Part shown: positions 1 to 8,874 of the stretch, piece after piece
Numbering within the stretch: the first letter of the stretch is position 1
Layout of the letters: every line of letters starts with the position of its first letter
Assembly: GCA_965197585.1 (NCBI GenBank)
Contig: OZ240215.1
Span: forward strand, 2,016,001 to 2,080,000
From: Dehalococcoidia bacterium
Lineage (GTDB): Bacteria > Chloroflexota > Dehalococcoidia > Plut-88900
DNA length: 64,000 bases
Reading direction: 5' to 3'
Notes under the pieces: model-generated
What the model was told of the DNA's origin: nothing
What the model saw: only the letters and a program-made list of their open reading frames with translations
The model's database searches: none
Made by a program: the position numbers and the translations under genes

Positions 1-187
1 GTCAGGGAAGGGGGAAGGGTACACGGGACCCGGTGGGAAGAGGAGATGGCGACTTTTGCTTGTGCCGCGGGCCTGCGCGAGGGCCGTTGGGATGGGCCAG
101 GACGTTGAGTCCTCGGGTGGGGCCGGGTGGGCTTCCTTAGTTTTTGGTACCTCCTTAAGGTGGTTGGGTGGTGTTCGAACGGTGAGG

Positions 188-217
188 ATAGTAGCACGAG
201 TGTTCAGGTAGTGTCAA
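188..217 (-). promoter_or_regulatory. sigma70-type promoter with a possible LexA-like box, firing off the left end of the window
   Basis: Minus strand reads TTGACA-18nt-TACTAT with an extended TG. The spacer holds GAAC-ACTC-GTGC (1 mismatch to GAAC-N4-GTTC). An AAGGAGG follows at 150-156. Confidence 0.5.
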
Positions 218-265
218 TGGGTTCGTGTCACACTTGGGTGGACACCGCCCCAGCCCCACAGGGGA

Positions 266-340
266 ACCCTCACCCCCTTGATCCCCCTCTCACGCCACAG
301 GCGCATCTTCGACCCTTAGGGCCTTCAAGGGAGAGGGGGA
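266..340. repeat. REP-like C/G-rich intergenic palindromic element
   Basis: CCCTCACCCCCTTGATCCCCCTCTC...GAGAGGGGGA; a related half-element lies on the opposite strand at ~23650-23675. Confidence 0.45.
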
Positions 341-348
341 GATAAGAA

Positions 349-389
349 TAGAGGCCCACGTGCGTGCTTTGCACGCACGTGGGCCTCTA
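349..389. terminator. Perfect 19-bp stem-loop, likely terminator of the lipoprotein gene
   Basis: TAGAGGCCCACGTGCGTGC-TTT-GCACGCACGTGGGCCTCTA, downstream of the 465..1355 stop. Confidence 0.7.
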
Positions 390-464
390 ATTCAGTACTG
401 GGGGGAGGGGGATGGATTCCCGATAGGGGTCAGGGATGACGGAGGGGGTGGGGGTGTTTATTGA

Positions 465-1355
465 CTAGTTGGAGAGAGGCAGAAGTTCGTCGGGGGGTTC
501 TAGCTCATAGGGCTCGTTGTAACCGCTGTAGGTGATGGAGATGAAATCACGGGGCTCGCCGTCAGAACCCTGTTCGGCGACTATGACTTTCCTGGTTAGG
601 AAGTCGGTGGCGTCCACGGTCCTGGTGACGCTGCCTGCCGACCCCGAAGCCAATCCTGTCCCGCCACCCTGTCCAGCGAATTCGGAAATCAAGACGTAGC
701 CCCGTGAGCCGTCGGCCAGGAGTGCGATTCCGTCGAAAGAAGCGGTGGGGTCATTGGGTGCGATAAGGAAGCCGACCAACTGCAAGGCGGTGAGAAACTC
801 GGTGTCGGGAGGATCGCCTTCGTACCACTGACCGGAATCAGGGTTGTGGAAATAGGTGTCGTTGCCTATAAAGACTCCATTGGTCGTGCTGGTTGCTCCC
901 GCTATGTTCAAGACCATCTCGAACTGAAGGCGGCTGGCCCGGACTACGGTGCCGCTCAACGTCATGGAGAAGTCGGACCCGCCGGAGCCACCTACCGGGA
1001 ATAGAGACAGCAGATCTACTTCAGCGACGAATGAGACGCTTTCAATATCCTGCGCGGCAAGAATGCCACAAGACGTAACCACCGCGGCACTTTCGAGGGT
1101 GCCGTCCGGGGCACATTGAGCGGACAGGTACCCCGAGGTGTCGACGTCTGGGCCAGGGCCGGCTGTAGGGTCGGGCGTGGAGGTGGGGACTTCCGTGGGT
1201 ACTGGAACCGGGGTGGATGTCGGTTGGGAGGTGGGGGTAATGGAGGGAACGGCTGTCGGGGAGGGAGTTTTGGTTGGCTCCGGGTCGCTGCTACAGGCTG
1301 CCAGGATGACCGCCGCCAGGAATAGTGTGGTGGTCAAAATGAATATTCTCTTCAA
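465..1355 (-). CDS. Lipoprotein with Pro/Thr-rich linker, LppX/LprAFG-like
   Basis: Signal peptide with lipobox ILAA-C, PT-rich linker, beta-rich domain ending ITYSGYNEPYELEPP. Confidence 0.7.
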   Translation of the reverse strand: MKRIFILTTTLFLAAVILAACSSDPEPTKTPSPTAVPSITPTSQPTSTPVPVPTEVPTSTPDPTAGPGPDVDTSGYLSAQCAPDGTLESAAVVTSCGILAAQDIESVSFVAEVDLLSLFPVGGSGGSDFSMTLSGTVVRASRLQFEMVLNIAGATSTTNGVFIGNDTYFHNPDSGQWYEGDPPDTEFLTALQLVGFLIAPNDPTASFDGIALLADGSRGYVLISEFAGQGGGTGLASGSAGSVTRTVDATDFLTRKVIVAEQGSDGEPRDFISITYSGYNEPYELEPPDELLPLSN

Positions 1356-1450
1356 TTTAAACCCCTTCGATCACGTGGCCGACGATTTCAGAGTTAGTCG
1401 GCGTTCCCAAAATCGTACTGTTTTTTGGAATGGGGCTTTTAGGAGAAACG

Positions 1451-1762
1451 TCATGAAAATGACATATTCAGGGTACGTTCCAAATTGGAGAGATACTCAG
1501 CGAAGGCGCGTCGGCCGGCGGATGTAGCCTCGACCCATGTGCGAGGTTTGGCATCCACAAACTCCTTGGTTGTGGCTACGTATCCGGCTTCCTCCAACTT
1601 TCGCAAGTGGATTGTCAGGTTGCCGCCAGTCAGGCCCAGGCTCTTCTGGATGAGGCCGTAGGCGACCCGATCAGCCTGGGACCGGTGAGCCAGGAGGGTC
1701 ATGATGCGCAGGCGGGTCGACTGATGAATGATTTCGTCGAGGACGGCAGGCTCGGCACTCAT
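1451..1762 (-). CDS. Winged-helix transcriptional regulator (ArsR/MarR-like, HTH_34 type)
   Basis: IIHQSTRLRIMTLL...LGLTGGNLTIHLRKLEEAGYV...T..GRRAF. The ATG at 1762 overlaps the upstream gene's TGA (ATGA coupling). Confidence 0.9.
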   Translation of the reverse strand: MSAEPAVLDEIIHQSTRLRIMTLLAHRSQADRVAYGLIQKSLGLTGGNLTIHLRKLEEAGYVATTKEFVDAKPRTWVEATSAGRRAFAEYLSNLERTLNMSFS

Positions 1763-2394
1763 GCGACGCTGGTCTTCCGAATCCAAGTCCAGGCTATGGC
1801 CACTACAGTGAGGATGAGTGCAGCCGACACGGCGTTAGAAAAATCACCTGCAAAATAGGAGGGAACGTAGTGAGCTGCGGCGATACCCACGCCCATGAGT
1901 GCAATTGCCTTGTGATGCATGATGCCAAAAAGAATGTAACCGAGCGCTACAATACCTACGGCTACACCGGATATGGCAAGCCCATTGGACTCAATAGTCC
2001 ACAAGCCGGACGCCGCCGGGATGATGAACGCAGCCGTGACAACGGTCATCCAGAAGAAGAAGACTCGGAGCCCGGCGCGGGTGGCAGTAGGACCGTCGGA
2101 GTTCGCGTGCCCGGCTCGGTGCCCCAATATGGAGCTGCCGATCATGCCAATAGTCCCTAACACGCCCCACAAGGGGCCGGGAAACCATGGATTGTCGTCT
2201 GCAAATGTCGAGAAAGCCGTCTCTACTACGAATTGAGTCAGGTAACCCACCGAAACTATGACTCCCCACAGCAACAAGATGGACGGCCAACCCGCCACAT
2301 ACATAAGGCTGCGGGACCTGTCCAAGGTTGCGTGAATGGACTCCCATGCGTCCTCTGAAGTAATGCGTTGTTCTTCACGATCCTGGTTCTTCAT
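1759..2394 (-). CDS. Multi-pass membrane protein co-transcribed with the regulator
   Basis: About six hydrophobic helices; GGGAGG SD precedes the ATG at 2394 (the ORF-track start at 2496 is probably too long). Confidence 0.8.
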   Translation of the reverse strand: MKNQDREEQRITSEDAWESIHATLDRSRSLMYVAGWPSILLLWGVIVSVGYLTQFVVETAFSTFADDNPWFPGPLWGVLGTIGMIGSSILGHRAGHANSDGPTATRAGLRVFFFWMTVVTAAFIIPAASGLWTIESNGLAISGVAVGIVALGYILFGIMHHKAIALMGVGIAAAHYVPSYFAGDFSNAVSAALILTVVAIAWTWIRKTSVA

Positions 2395-2440
2395 GTTATG
2401 CCTCCCGGTTGTCTTAACTCTATGCATCTTTGCGCAAACT

Positions 2441-2469
2441 AGTTTGTACCACAAACTTACTTCTGTCAA
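2441..2469 (-). promoter_or_regulatory. Promoter with overlapping inverted-repeat operator (probable autoregulation by the wHTH protein)
   Basis: TTGACA at 2469-2464; inverted repeat AGTTTGT-ACC-ACAAACT at 2441-2457 covers the -10 region. Confidence 0.6.
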
Positions 2470-2851
2470 GAGGAGCGGGGGTGAGCTGAGGTCCACGTGG
2501 GGGATAGCTAAGGATTAGGCCAGGATGCCGACGGCAGATGAGGGGGTGGGGTTAGGTGAAGGGGGATTCGGACTGTATGCCGACAGCTGAACTCCGCAGC
2601 TTCCGCGTTCTGCCGGATTCTCAGCGGTGGCCAGTAAGTACAAACATCAGGTTCCAGAACACACCTTTATTGCGGGAGCATCATATACAACGATGGCCTC
2701 AGAAAAGCTCCGGGTTGAAGACCATCGGCCACCGGAGGGGTGAATCCCACGCCATACAAGGTCGACTCGAGGAGCGCGATCGCATGATGTGCAGCTATAT
2801 GGGTCTAGGGCGGTACGTCGAACACGCTGTGGGCGGGGGGCTATGCAAGGA

Positions 2852-2928
2852 TGGTGGGCGATACTGGACTCGAACCAGTGACCTCTGCGATGTCAACGCA
2901 GCGCTCTAACCAACTGAGCTAACCGCCC
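2852..2928 (-). tRNA. tRNA-Val(GAC)
   Basis: Reverse complement GGGCGGTTAGCTCAGTTGGTTAGAGCG-CTGCG-TTGACAT-CGCAG...GGTTCGAGTCC...CGCCCACCA. Confidence 0.97.
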
Positions 2929-3007
2929 CGGGGTTCCGAGTCTAGCAAACGGGATTTTGTGAGTCAACAAAGGCTCGGGCGGCAGGGGTCAAGGGCCTCA
3001 ATCTGCC

Positions 3008-3037
3008 TTGCAATAAGTCGGCTCCCTCTGATATAAT
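3008..3037 (+). promoter_or_regulatory. sigma70 promoter of the nusA operon
   Basis: TTGCAA-18nt-TATAAT with extended -10 TG. Confidence 0.75.
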
Positions 3038-3066
3038 CAGCCCAACTTAAGGCCAGTTCGTGGAAG

Positions 3067-3091
3067 AAGTGGGGAGCACCCCACTTTTTTT
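3067..3091 (+). promoter_or_regulatory. rimP/nusA-leader-type attenuator hairpin
   Basis: AAGTGGGG-AGCA-CCCCACTT plus T-tract between promoter and nusA; matches the conserved AGTGGG...CCCACT leader of rimP-nusA-infB operons. Confidence 0.75.
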
Positions 3092-3131
3092 AATACGGCC
3101 CAAAAGTCCGGATTGGAGGGTATAGGCCGGT

Positions 3132-4826
3132 ATGAAAAGCGATTTCCTAATCGCGGTGACTCAGCTTGCCTCTGAGAGAAATTTGCCGCGCGAAGTGGTT
3201 ATTTCCGCTATCGAAGCTGCCCTCGTCTCCGTCTACAAGAGAGAGGGCGAGACCGCAGGCCAGAACCTGTCGGTCAAGATCCTCCCCACCACCGGCGAGG
3301 TGAAAGTCGCCGCGCTGAAGACGGTCGTCGAAGAGGTGACCGATACAGACCTGGAAATTACTTCCAAAGAGGCGAACAAATACAAGAAGGGCGCGGCCAT
3401 CGGCGAGATCATCGAGATTGAGTCGACGGGCCAATTCGCCGGCAGGATCGCTGCCCAGACGGCCAAGCAGGTCGTCATGCAGCGCCTGCGGGAAGCCGAG
3501 CGTGAACTGGTCTACCAGGAGTTCTCCGACAAGGAGGGCGAGATAGCCAGCGCTATCGTCCAGCGCCTCGAGCCCCGACAGGTGATCGTCGACATCGACA
3601 AGACGGAAGCTGTAATGCCGGCGCCCGAGATTCCTCCCAACGAGCGGTGCCGACCGGGACAGAGAATGAAGGTCCTGGTACTGGAAGTAAGCCGCAGCGT
3701 GAAGGGCCCGCAGGTCATCGTATCCCGGACCCACAAAGACCTGGTCAAACGCCTATTTGAGCTGGAAGTGCCGGAAGTCTACAACGGCACGGTGGAGATA
3801 CGTTCCATCGCCCGGGAGGCGGGTTACCGGACCAAGGTAGCGGTCTCGGCGAGGCAGGAAGGCATAGACCCCGTCGGGTCGTGCGTAGGCCTGCGAGGCA
3901 TCCGAATACAGAATATAGTCAACGAACTCCACGGCGAAAAGATTGACGTAGTGCAGTGGGACAGGGACCCCTCCGCCTTCATTGCCAACTCCCTAAGCCC
4001 GGCCCAGGTGGCTCGGGTGGAGATCGAAGAAGAGGAAGAGTCCGCAGTGGTAGTCGTGGCAGATCGGCACCTGTCTCTGGCCATAGGCAAGGAAGGGCAG
4101 AACGCCCGGCTAGCCGCAAAGCTCACGGGGTGGCGCATTGACATCAAGGGTGTCAGCGACGCCGGTGAGAGCAAGATACGAGCGGCGGCCATCGCAGCCC
4201 TTACCCGGCCGGCGCCCACCGTTGAAGAGCCCACCCCCGAACCCGTGGCGCTTGAGGTTGAGACTCCCGAGCCGGAGGAATTGGCCGCAGTAGCTGCAGG
4301 GGTGCTCGAAGAAGCAGCAGCCGTAGTTGAAGAGGCCGCCGCTGCACTGGCCGAACCGGTTATTGAAGTGGAGCCCGCGGAACTGCTGGATATTGAAGAG
4401 GCCCTGGTGCCGGAAGAGCTGGCCCCGGTAGCCGAGTTGGCGCCCATCGCCGAACCCGAGCCGGTATTCGAAGAGGTGGCCGTGCCCGCCTTCCCCGAAC
4501 CCGCTCCCCAAGCCATTGAGGACATCTGGCCAAGCACCGAGCAAGAGATTTATCGCCCTGCTACCGAGCTCAGGTTCGCTGAGGACCTGGACATCTTCAT
4601 TCCAGGCCGTGGTGGCAACAAATCCAAGGGCAAGAAGCGCAAAGGTGCGAAGAGAGGAAGAGGTCCGGGCGGCGGGCCGTCCAGAGGCCCGGGCGGCGGG
4701 ATGTCCAGAGGCCCGGGTGGTGGAGGCGGGCCATCCAGAGGTCCGGGTGGTGGTGGAGGACCGTCCAGAGGTCCGGGGGGTGGCAGCTTCGCTCCATTCC
4801 CCAGCTCGCCAAGGACCCGTCGGTAG
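3132..4826 (+). CDS. nusA: Transcription termination/antitermination factor NusA with long C-terminal extension
   Basis: [13 protein letters not shown]1 and KH domains, [25 protein letters not shown]. Confidence 0.98.
   Translation: MKSDFLIAVTQLASERNLPREVVISAIEAALVSVYKREGETAGQNLSVKILPTTGEVKVAALKTVVEEVTDTDLEITSKEANKYKKGAAIGEIIEIESTGQFAGRIAAQTAKQVVMQRLREAERELVYQEFSDKEGEIASAIVQRLEPRQVIVDIDKTEAVMPAPEIPPNERCRPGQRMKVLVLEVSRSVKGPQVIVSRTHKDLVKRLFELEVPEVYNGTVEIRSIAREAGYRTKVAVSARQEGIDPVGSCVGLRGIRIQNIVNELHGEKIDVVQWDRDPSAFIANSLSPAQVARVEIEEEEESAVVVVADRHLSLAIGKEGQNARLAAKLTGWRIDIKGVSDAGESKIRAAAIAALTRPAPTVEEPTPEPVALEVETPEPEELAAVAAGVLEEAAAVVEEAAAALAEPVIEVEPAELLDIEEALVPEELAPVAELAPIAEPEPVFEEVAVPAFPEPAPQAIEDIWPSTEQEIYRPATELRFAEDLDIFIPGRGGNKSKGKKRKGAKRGRGPGGGPSRGPGGGMSRGPGGGGGPSRGPGGGGGPSRGPGGGSFAPFPSSPRTRR
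4659..4784 (+). repeat. Coding tandem repeat RGPGGG(GG)(P/M)S x5 in the NusA tail
   Basis: Five imperfect 24-30 nt units of (TCC)AGAGG(T/C)CCGGG(C/T)GG... Confidence 0.9.
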
Positions 4827-4877
4827 CCGGGTTGGAGGGGTCGGATTTTCCGACCCAGGCAGAAACGGTAAGTAAGG

Positions 4878-5195
4878 TTGGCTAAGAATATCGCTGTAAA
4901 ACAGAAACGTTTGACTCCGCAGCGCACCTGCGTCTCATGCCGCAGGGTGATGGACAAGCGTACATTGGTCAGGCTCGTACGCACGCCCGAGGGGAAAATC
5001 GAAATAGACGCTAGCGGCAAGATGTCGGGCAGGGGAGCATACTTGTGTTCCGACTACCAATGCTGGCACGGCGCAGTCGGCTCCCAGCGTCTGGCACGCG
5101 CCCTAAAGTGCAGCATCCCCCCAGACTCCTTGAGCGCCTTTAAGGATTACGCAGAGAAGCTAAATCCAGAGGTGTTGGCAACTTCAAAGAATTGA
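4878..5195 (+). CDS. ylxR: YlxR/RnpM family RNA-binding protein
   Basis: PQRTCVSCR...LVRLVRT...GRGAYLC...C; located between nusA and infB. Confidence 0.93.
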   Translation: MAKNIAVKQKRLTPQRTCVSCRRVMDKRTLVRLVRTPEGKIEIDASGKMSGRGAYLCSDYQCWHGAVGSQRLARALKCSIPPDSLSAFKDYAEKLNPEVLATSKN

Positions 5196-5239
5196 AATAG
5201 CAGGTCCGGGCCTAGAACCCGGAGCATCCGAGCAATATA

Positions 5240-7069
5240 TTGGTTTCAAGACAGTCCAATCCCCCAAGAAGCAGGACGGTCCGACAAGGTGTTAACGTCG
5301 AGACCCGGCCGGTGTCTGGGCCTCCCCTGGAGATCCCGAGCGCCATAGCGGTCCAGTCCTTATCCGAACTCATGCGGGCCAGCGGCATCGAGGTCATCAA
5401 GCAGTTGATGCGCCGCGGGGTAATGGCGAATATCACCCAGGTGATCGACTACGAGACCGCCTCTATCATCGCCACAGACTTTGGTTTCTCTCCACAACTA
5501 GAGGAGAGAAAGGGCACGAGTGTCAGGGATACCAGCGACGCGGAAGCAGCGGACGAAGATGAAAATCTCGTGCCGCGGGCCCCGATAGTCACCATCCTGG
5601 GCCACGTAGACCACGGAAAGACTTCGCTGCTGGACGTTATCAGAAACACCTCCGTTACCACTTCCGAAAAGGGAGGCATAACCCAGCACATCGGCGCCTA
5701 CCAGGTGAGCGTGGACGGTCAGCCCGTCACCTTCCTGGACACGCCGGGCCACCAGGCCTTTACGGCCATGAGGGCCCGCGGGGCCCAGGTAACGGACATA
5801 GCTATCCTAGTTGTTGCCGCGGACGACGGCGTAATGCCGCAAACCCGAGAGGCCATTGACCACGCCAAGGCGGCGAAGGTCCCGATCATCGTAGCCATAA
5901 ACAAGATGGACATGGCCGGGGCCAATCCGGACCGAATAAAACAGCAGCTTTCCGAACTAGGGCTTATCCCGGAGGAGTGGGGCGGGGACACGATAGTCGT
6001 GCCCTTATCGGCGAAAACCCAGGAGGGGATACCGGACCTGCTGGAAAACATCGTCCTGGTCGCCGAAGTAGGCGAGTTGAAGAGCAATCCGGATGGGATG
6101 GCCCGGGGCGTAGTGGTTGAGGCTAAGCTGGACTCGGCCAGAGGACCTATCGCCACCGTGTTAATCCAATCCGGCACCCTAAAGGCGGGAGATCGATTCT
6201 TCGCCGGTGAGACGAAGGGTAAAGTCCGCGCCCTGTTCGACCATCAGGGGCAGCGGCTCTGGGAGGCCGGCCCCGCATTCCCCGTCGAGGTGCTGGGGTT
6301 CGACAGCGTACCCAGGACGGGGGACATCTTGACCGGTGTGGAGGCGGGGCGGAAGTCTACCTCTGCTTCAGAGCGGCGTGAGCGTCAGATGGCAGTCCGG
6401 GACGAATGGCACGGTGACGCCGAGGCCCTCCAAGCCCAGGTCCGTGTCGGTTACAGCAAGGAGCTCAACGTAATCCTGAAGACTGACGTGGAGGGCAGCG
6501 GAGAGGCACTGCGAAGCGCCCTGGAAGATCTATCCACGGATGAGGTGGCGGTCAAGATCATTCGCACCAGCAGTGGAATAGTCACCGAGACAGACGTACT
6601 TCTAGCTTCCGCCTCTGACGCAGTGATCCTGGGATTCAACACCAAGGACGATGCCGGGGCCAGGCGATTGGCCGACCTTGAGGATGTGAACATCCGCCAC
6701 TATGACATCATCTACGGCATGCTGGACTTCGTTTCCGCCGCCGTATCCGGGATGCTGGAGCCGGTCTACAAGGAGACGGTAGAGGCAAGGGCGTTGGTCA
6801 AGGAAGTGTTCGAGGTGAAGGGCGGCAAGGCGGCAGGTATAGGCGTAGGCGAAGGCAGGTTGAGCCGCAACGCTCTGATCCGCGTCTTACGGAAGGGCAG
6901 CGTAGTCCACGAGGGCAGGATAAAGAGCTTGCGCCACTTCAAGGACAACGTCAGGGAGATCGCCTCGGGGTCCGAGGGAGGCCTCGGGTTGGACGGGTTC
7001 GACAGCTTCGAAGCCGGAGACGAATTGGTCGCCTTCCGCAAAGAGCTAGTTCCCCCCACAGCCAACTGA
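5240..7069 (+). CDS. infB: Translation initiation factor IF-2 (short N-terminus)
   Basis: [42 protein letters not shown]. Confidence 0.98.
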   Translation: MVSRQSNPPRSRTVRQGVNVETRPVSGPPLEIPSAIAVQSLSELMRASGIEVIKQLMRRGVMANITQVIDYETASIIATDFGFSPQLEERKGTSVRDTSDAEAADEDENLVPRAPIVTILGHVDHGKTSLLDVIRNTSVTTSEKGGITQHIGAYQVSVDGQPVTFLDTPGHQAFTAMRARGAQVTDIAILVVAADDGVMPQTREAIDHAKAAKVPIIVAINKMDMAGANPDRIKQQLSELGLIPEEWGGDTIVVPLSAKTQEGIPDLLENIVLVAEVGELKSNPDGMARGVVVEAKLDSARGPIATVLIQSGTLKAGDRFFAGETKGKVRALFDHQGQRLWEAGPAFPVEVLGFDSVPRTGDILTGVEAGRKSTSASERRERQMAVRDEWHGDAEALQAQVRVGYSKELNVILKTDVEGSGEALRSALEDLSTDEVAVKIIRTSSGIVTETDVLLASASDAVILGFNTKDDAGARRLADLEDVNIRHYDIIYGMLDFVSAAVSGMLEPVYKETVEARALVKEVFEVKGGKAAGIGVGEGRLSRNALIRVLRKGSVVHEGRIKSLRHFKDNVREIASGSEGGLGLDGFDSFEAGDELVAFRKELVPPTAN

Positions 7070-7128
7070 TCCTAACCCCATGTCCCCGTTCATCCCCGAC
7101 CATCCGGCGCGCCACGGGAGTCCCAACC

Positions 7129-7503
7129 ATGAGTAGGCGAACTCTGAGAATCAACGAGCTTCTGCGCGAGGAACTGAGCGTATTGCTCCAGAGGAACGTG
7201 CGGGACCCAAGGCTCAACCGAATGCTCTCCATAACCTCCGTGTCAGTGTCCAACGATCACAAGGCGGCTACGGTCCACGTGAGCGCCATGGGCACTGGCG
7301 AGGAGAAGTCGGAAGTTTTTCAAGGGCTTAAGGCCGCCGGCAGCTATCTACGCAAAAGCCTGGGGAACCGGCTCTCGCTCCGATACATACCCCGTCTCGA
7401 CTTCCAGATGGACGACTCTATCGAACGCGGGGCGAGGCTAAACAGCATCATAAACAACCTTGATCTCCCCGAAGAAGACCCGGAGGCGGCAAGCGAGATT
7501 TGA
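7129..7503 (+). CDS. rbfA: Ribosome-binding factor A
   Basis: RINELLREEL...DPRL...LRYIPRLDFQMDDSIERGAR. Confidence 0.96.
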   Translation: MSRRTLRINELLREELSVLLQRNVRDPRLNRMLSITSVSVSNDHKAATVHVSAMGTGEEKSEVFQGLKAAGSYLRKSLGNRLSLRYIPRLDFQMDDSIERGARLNSIINNLDLPEEDPEAASEI

Positions 7504-8456
7504 GCGTTTCAGGAATACTAAACCTCCGCAAGCCAATCGATTGCACGTCTTTCGACATGGTGAAGCGTATCAGAAGGCTGTCCGGGGAGAAGAAGGTGGG
7601 CCACGGGGGAACCCTCGACCCCCTGGCCTCGGGGGTGCTGCCCATATGTCTGGGCCGGGCGACCCGGGTGAGTGAGTTTCTAGCCGACTCCAGCAAGACC
7701 TACCGCGCCGTCGTTACCTTTGGCGCCGCCACGGACACCTATGACGCCGAGGGTAAGGTGACCGAGGAAAAGGATGCCACCCACCTTACTCGGGATATGG
7801 TGGAGGAGTCGCTGGGTCCGTTCCGCGGCATCATCATGCAGGAACCCCCTATGTACAGCGCGCTCAAGCACGAGGGCAAGCGTCTCTACGAGCTGGCACG
7901 GGAGGGTATAACGGTGGACCGACCCAAACGTGAGACGGCCGTACACAAGCTGGAAATCATAAGCTGGGACCCGCCCCATGCAACCATATACGTAGACTGC
8001 GGCCGAGGCACGTACGTGCGGTCACTGGCCCATGATATAGGCCAAGACCTGGAGGTGGGGGCGCATCTTACTGAACTCGTGAGGCTGCGTACTGGGCCCT
8101 TCGATATACAGGACTCGGTCACGCCCGAGCAGTTCGAGGAGGCCGTGAACAACGGGCGTTGGGAGGACCTTATTTTCCCGACGGACTTCGCTATGTCCAA
8201 CATGCCCGCAGCAATACTGGACCGGAAGGGAGAGAGGGCCGCAACCAACGGCCAGCCGATCCCAGTCTCCTACCCCGACTACGACAGGATAACCACCGCG
8301 GCGGCACAACTATCGAACGCCTACCGAGAGCCCGGAGAGCTGATCCTCTGCCGAGCCTATTCACTGGACGGCCGTTTTCTCGCCGTGATCTCGGCGCCCA
8401 CGCCCCGGGGCCCGTGGAGCCCCAAGCGGGTCTTCGCCCCGCAGGAAGAGGGCTGA
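7500..8456 (+). CDS. truB: tRNA pseudouridine(55) synthase
   Basis: KVGHGGTLDPLASGVL, PPMYSALK, GRGTYVRSLAHDIG. Confidence 0.97.
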   Translation: MSVSGILNLRKPIDCTSFDMVKRIRRLSGEKKVGHGGTLDPLASGVLPICLGRATRVSEFLADSSKTYRAVVTFGAATDTYDAEGKVTEEKDATHLTRDMVEESLGPFRGIIMQEPPMYSALKHEGKRLYELAREGITVDRPKRETAVHKLEIISWDPPHATIYVDCGRGTYVRSLAHDIGQDLEVGAHLTELVRLRTGPFDIQDSVTPEQFEEAVNNGRWEDLIFPTDFAMSNMPAAILDRKGERAATNGQPIPVSYPDYDRITTAAAQLSNAYREPGELILCRAYSLDGRFLAVISAPTPRGPWSPKRVFAPQEEG

Positions 8457-8518
8457 GCTTCGCCTTGTTCGCTGGCTCTGAGACCGGGAGCAGGGAAGGG
8501 GAGTCGGGGCGGTTAAAC

Positions 8519-8547
8519 TTGACAGTAAAGGGTGCCATTGCTAAAGT
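8519..8547 (+). promoter_or_regulatory. sigma70 promoter ~330 nt upstream of the acyltransferase gene
   Basis: TTGACA-17nt-TAAAGT with TG extension. Confidence 0.7.
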
Positions 8548-8554
8548 CACAACG

Positions 8555-8731
8555 AGACAGGCGGCGGTCCAATGGCGGTTGAGAAAGGCACCGGCGCAAG
8601 TAATCGGAGCGGTCCTACAGAGTAAATTTCACAGATCTACCGAATGTCAGGGTCTCGAAGGGCAGGCGGAAAGCATTTCACTACCGATACCGTGCGGCAG
8701 AAACCCGTATACCCTTCCCACCAGCCCGTCT
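8555..8731 (+). ncRNA. Candidate rod-like structured RNA or leader (unidentified)
   Basis: Nested imperfect pairings 8555-62/8724-31, 8588-94/8690-95 and 8603-07/8684-88 starting at the predicted TSS; not matched to any family. Confidence 0.3.
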
Positions 8732-8874
8732 AAGACCAATTACAAGTCCCACTAAATCCCAGCACTTCCGGCTGCCAGGCATGGCCACCCCGAAACCGGG
8801 GACGAGTACAACGCCTGGTTCCGGCCCCAATATCCTCTAGGACAAAGGTTACCGACACCCCACTCGAAAGACCA

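Noticed and set aside
2556-2909. 117-aa ORF next to tRNA-Val, or a possible island boundary
   Set aside because: Overlaps the tRNA on the opposite strand, shows no motifs, and no duplicated tRNA-Val 3' end was seen in the window.
4659-4784. Regularly spaced repeats as a possible CRISPR array
   Set aside because: In-frame coding repeats of NusA with synonymous variation and no unique spacers.
8572-8625. 17-aa leader peptide MAVEKGTGASNRSGPTE
   Set aside because: Weak SD, no regulatory codon run, and no supporting evidence.
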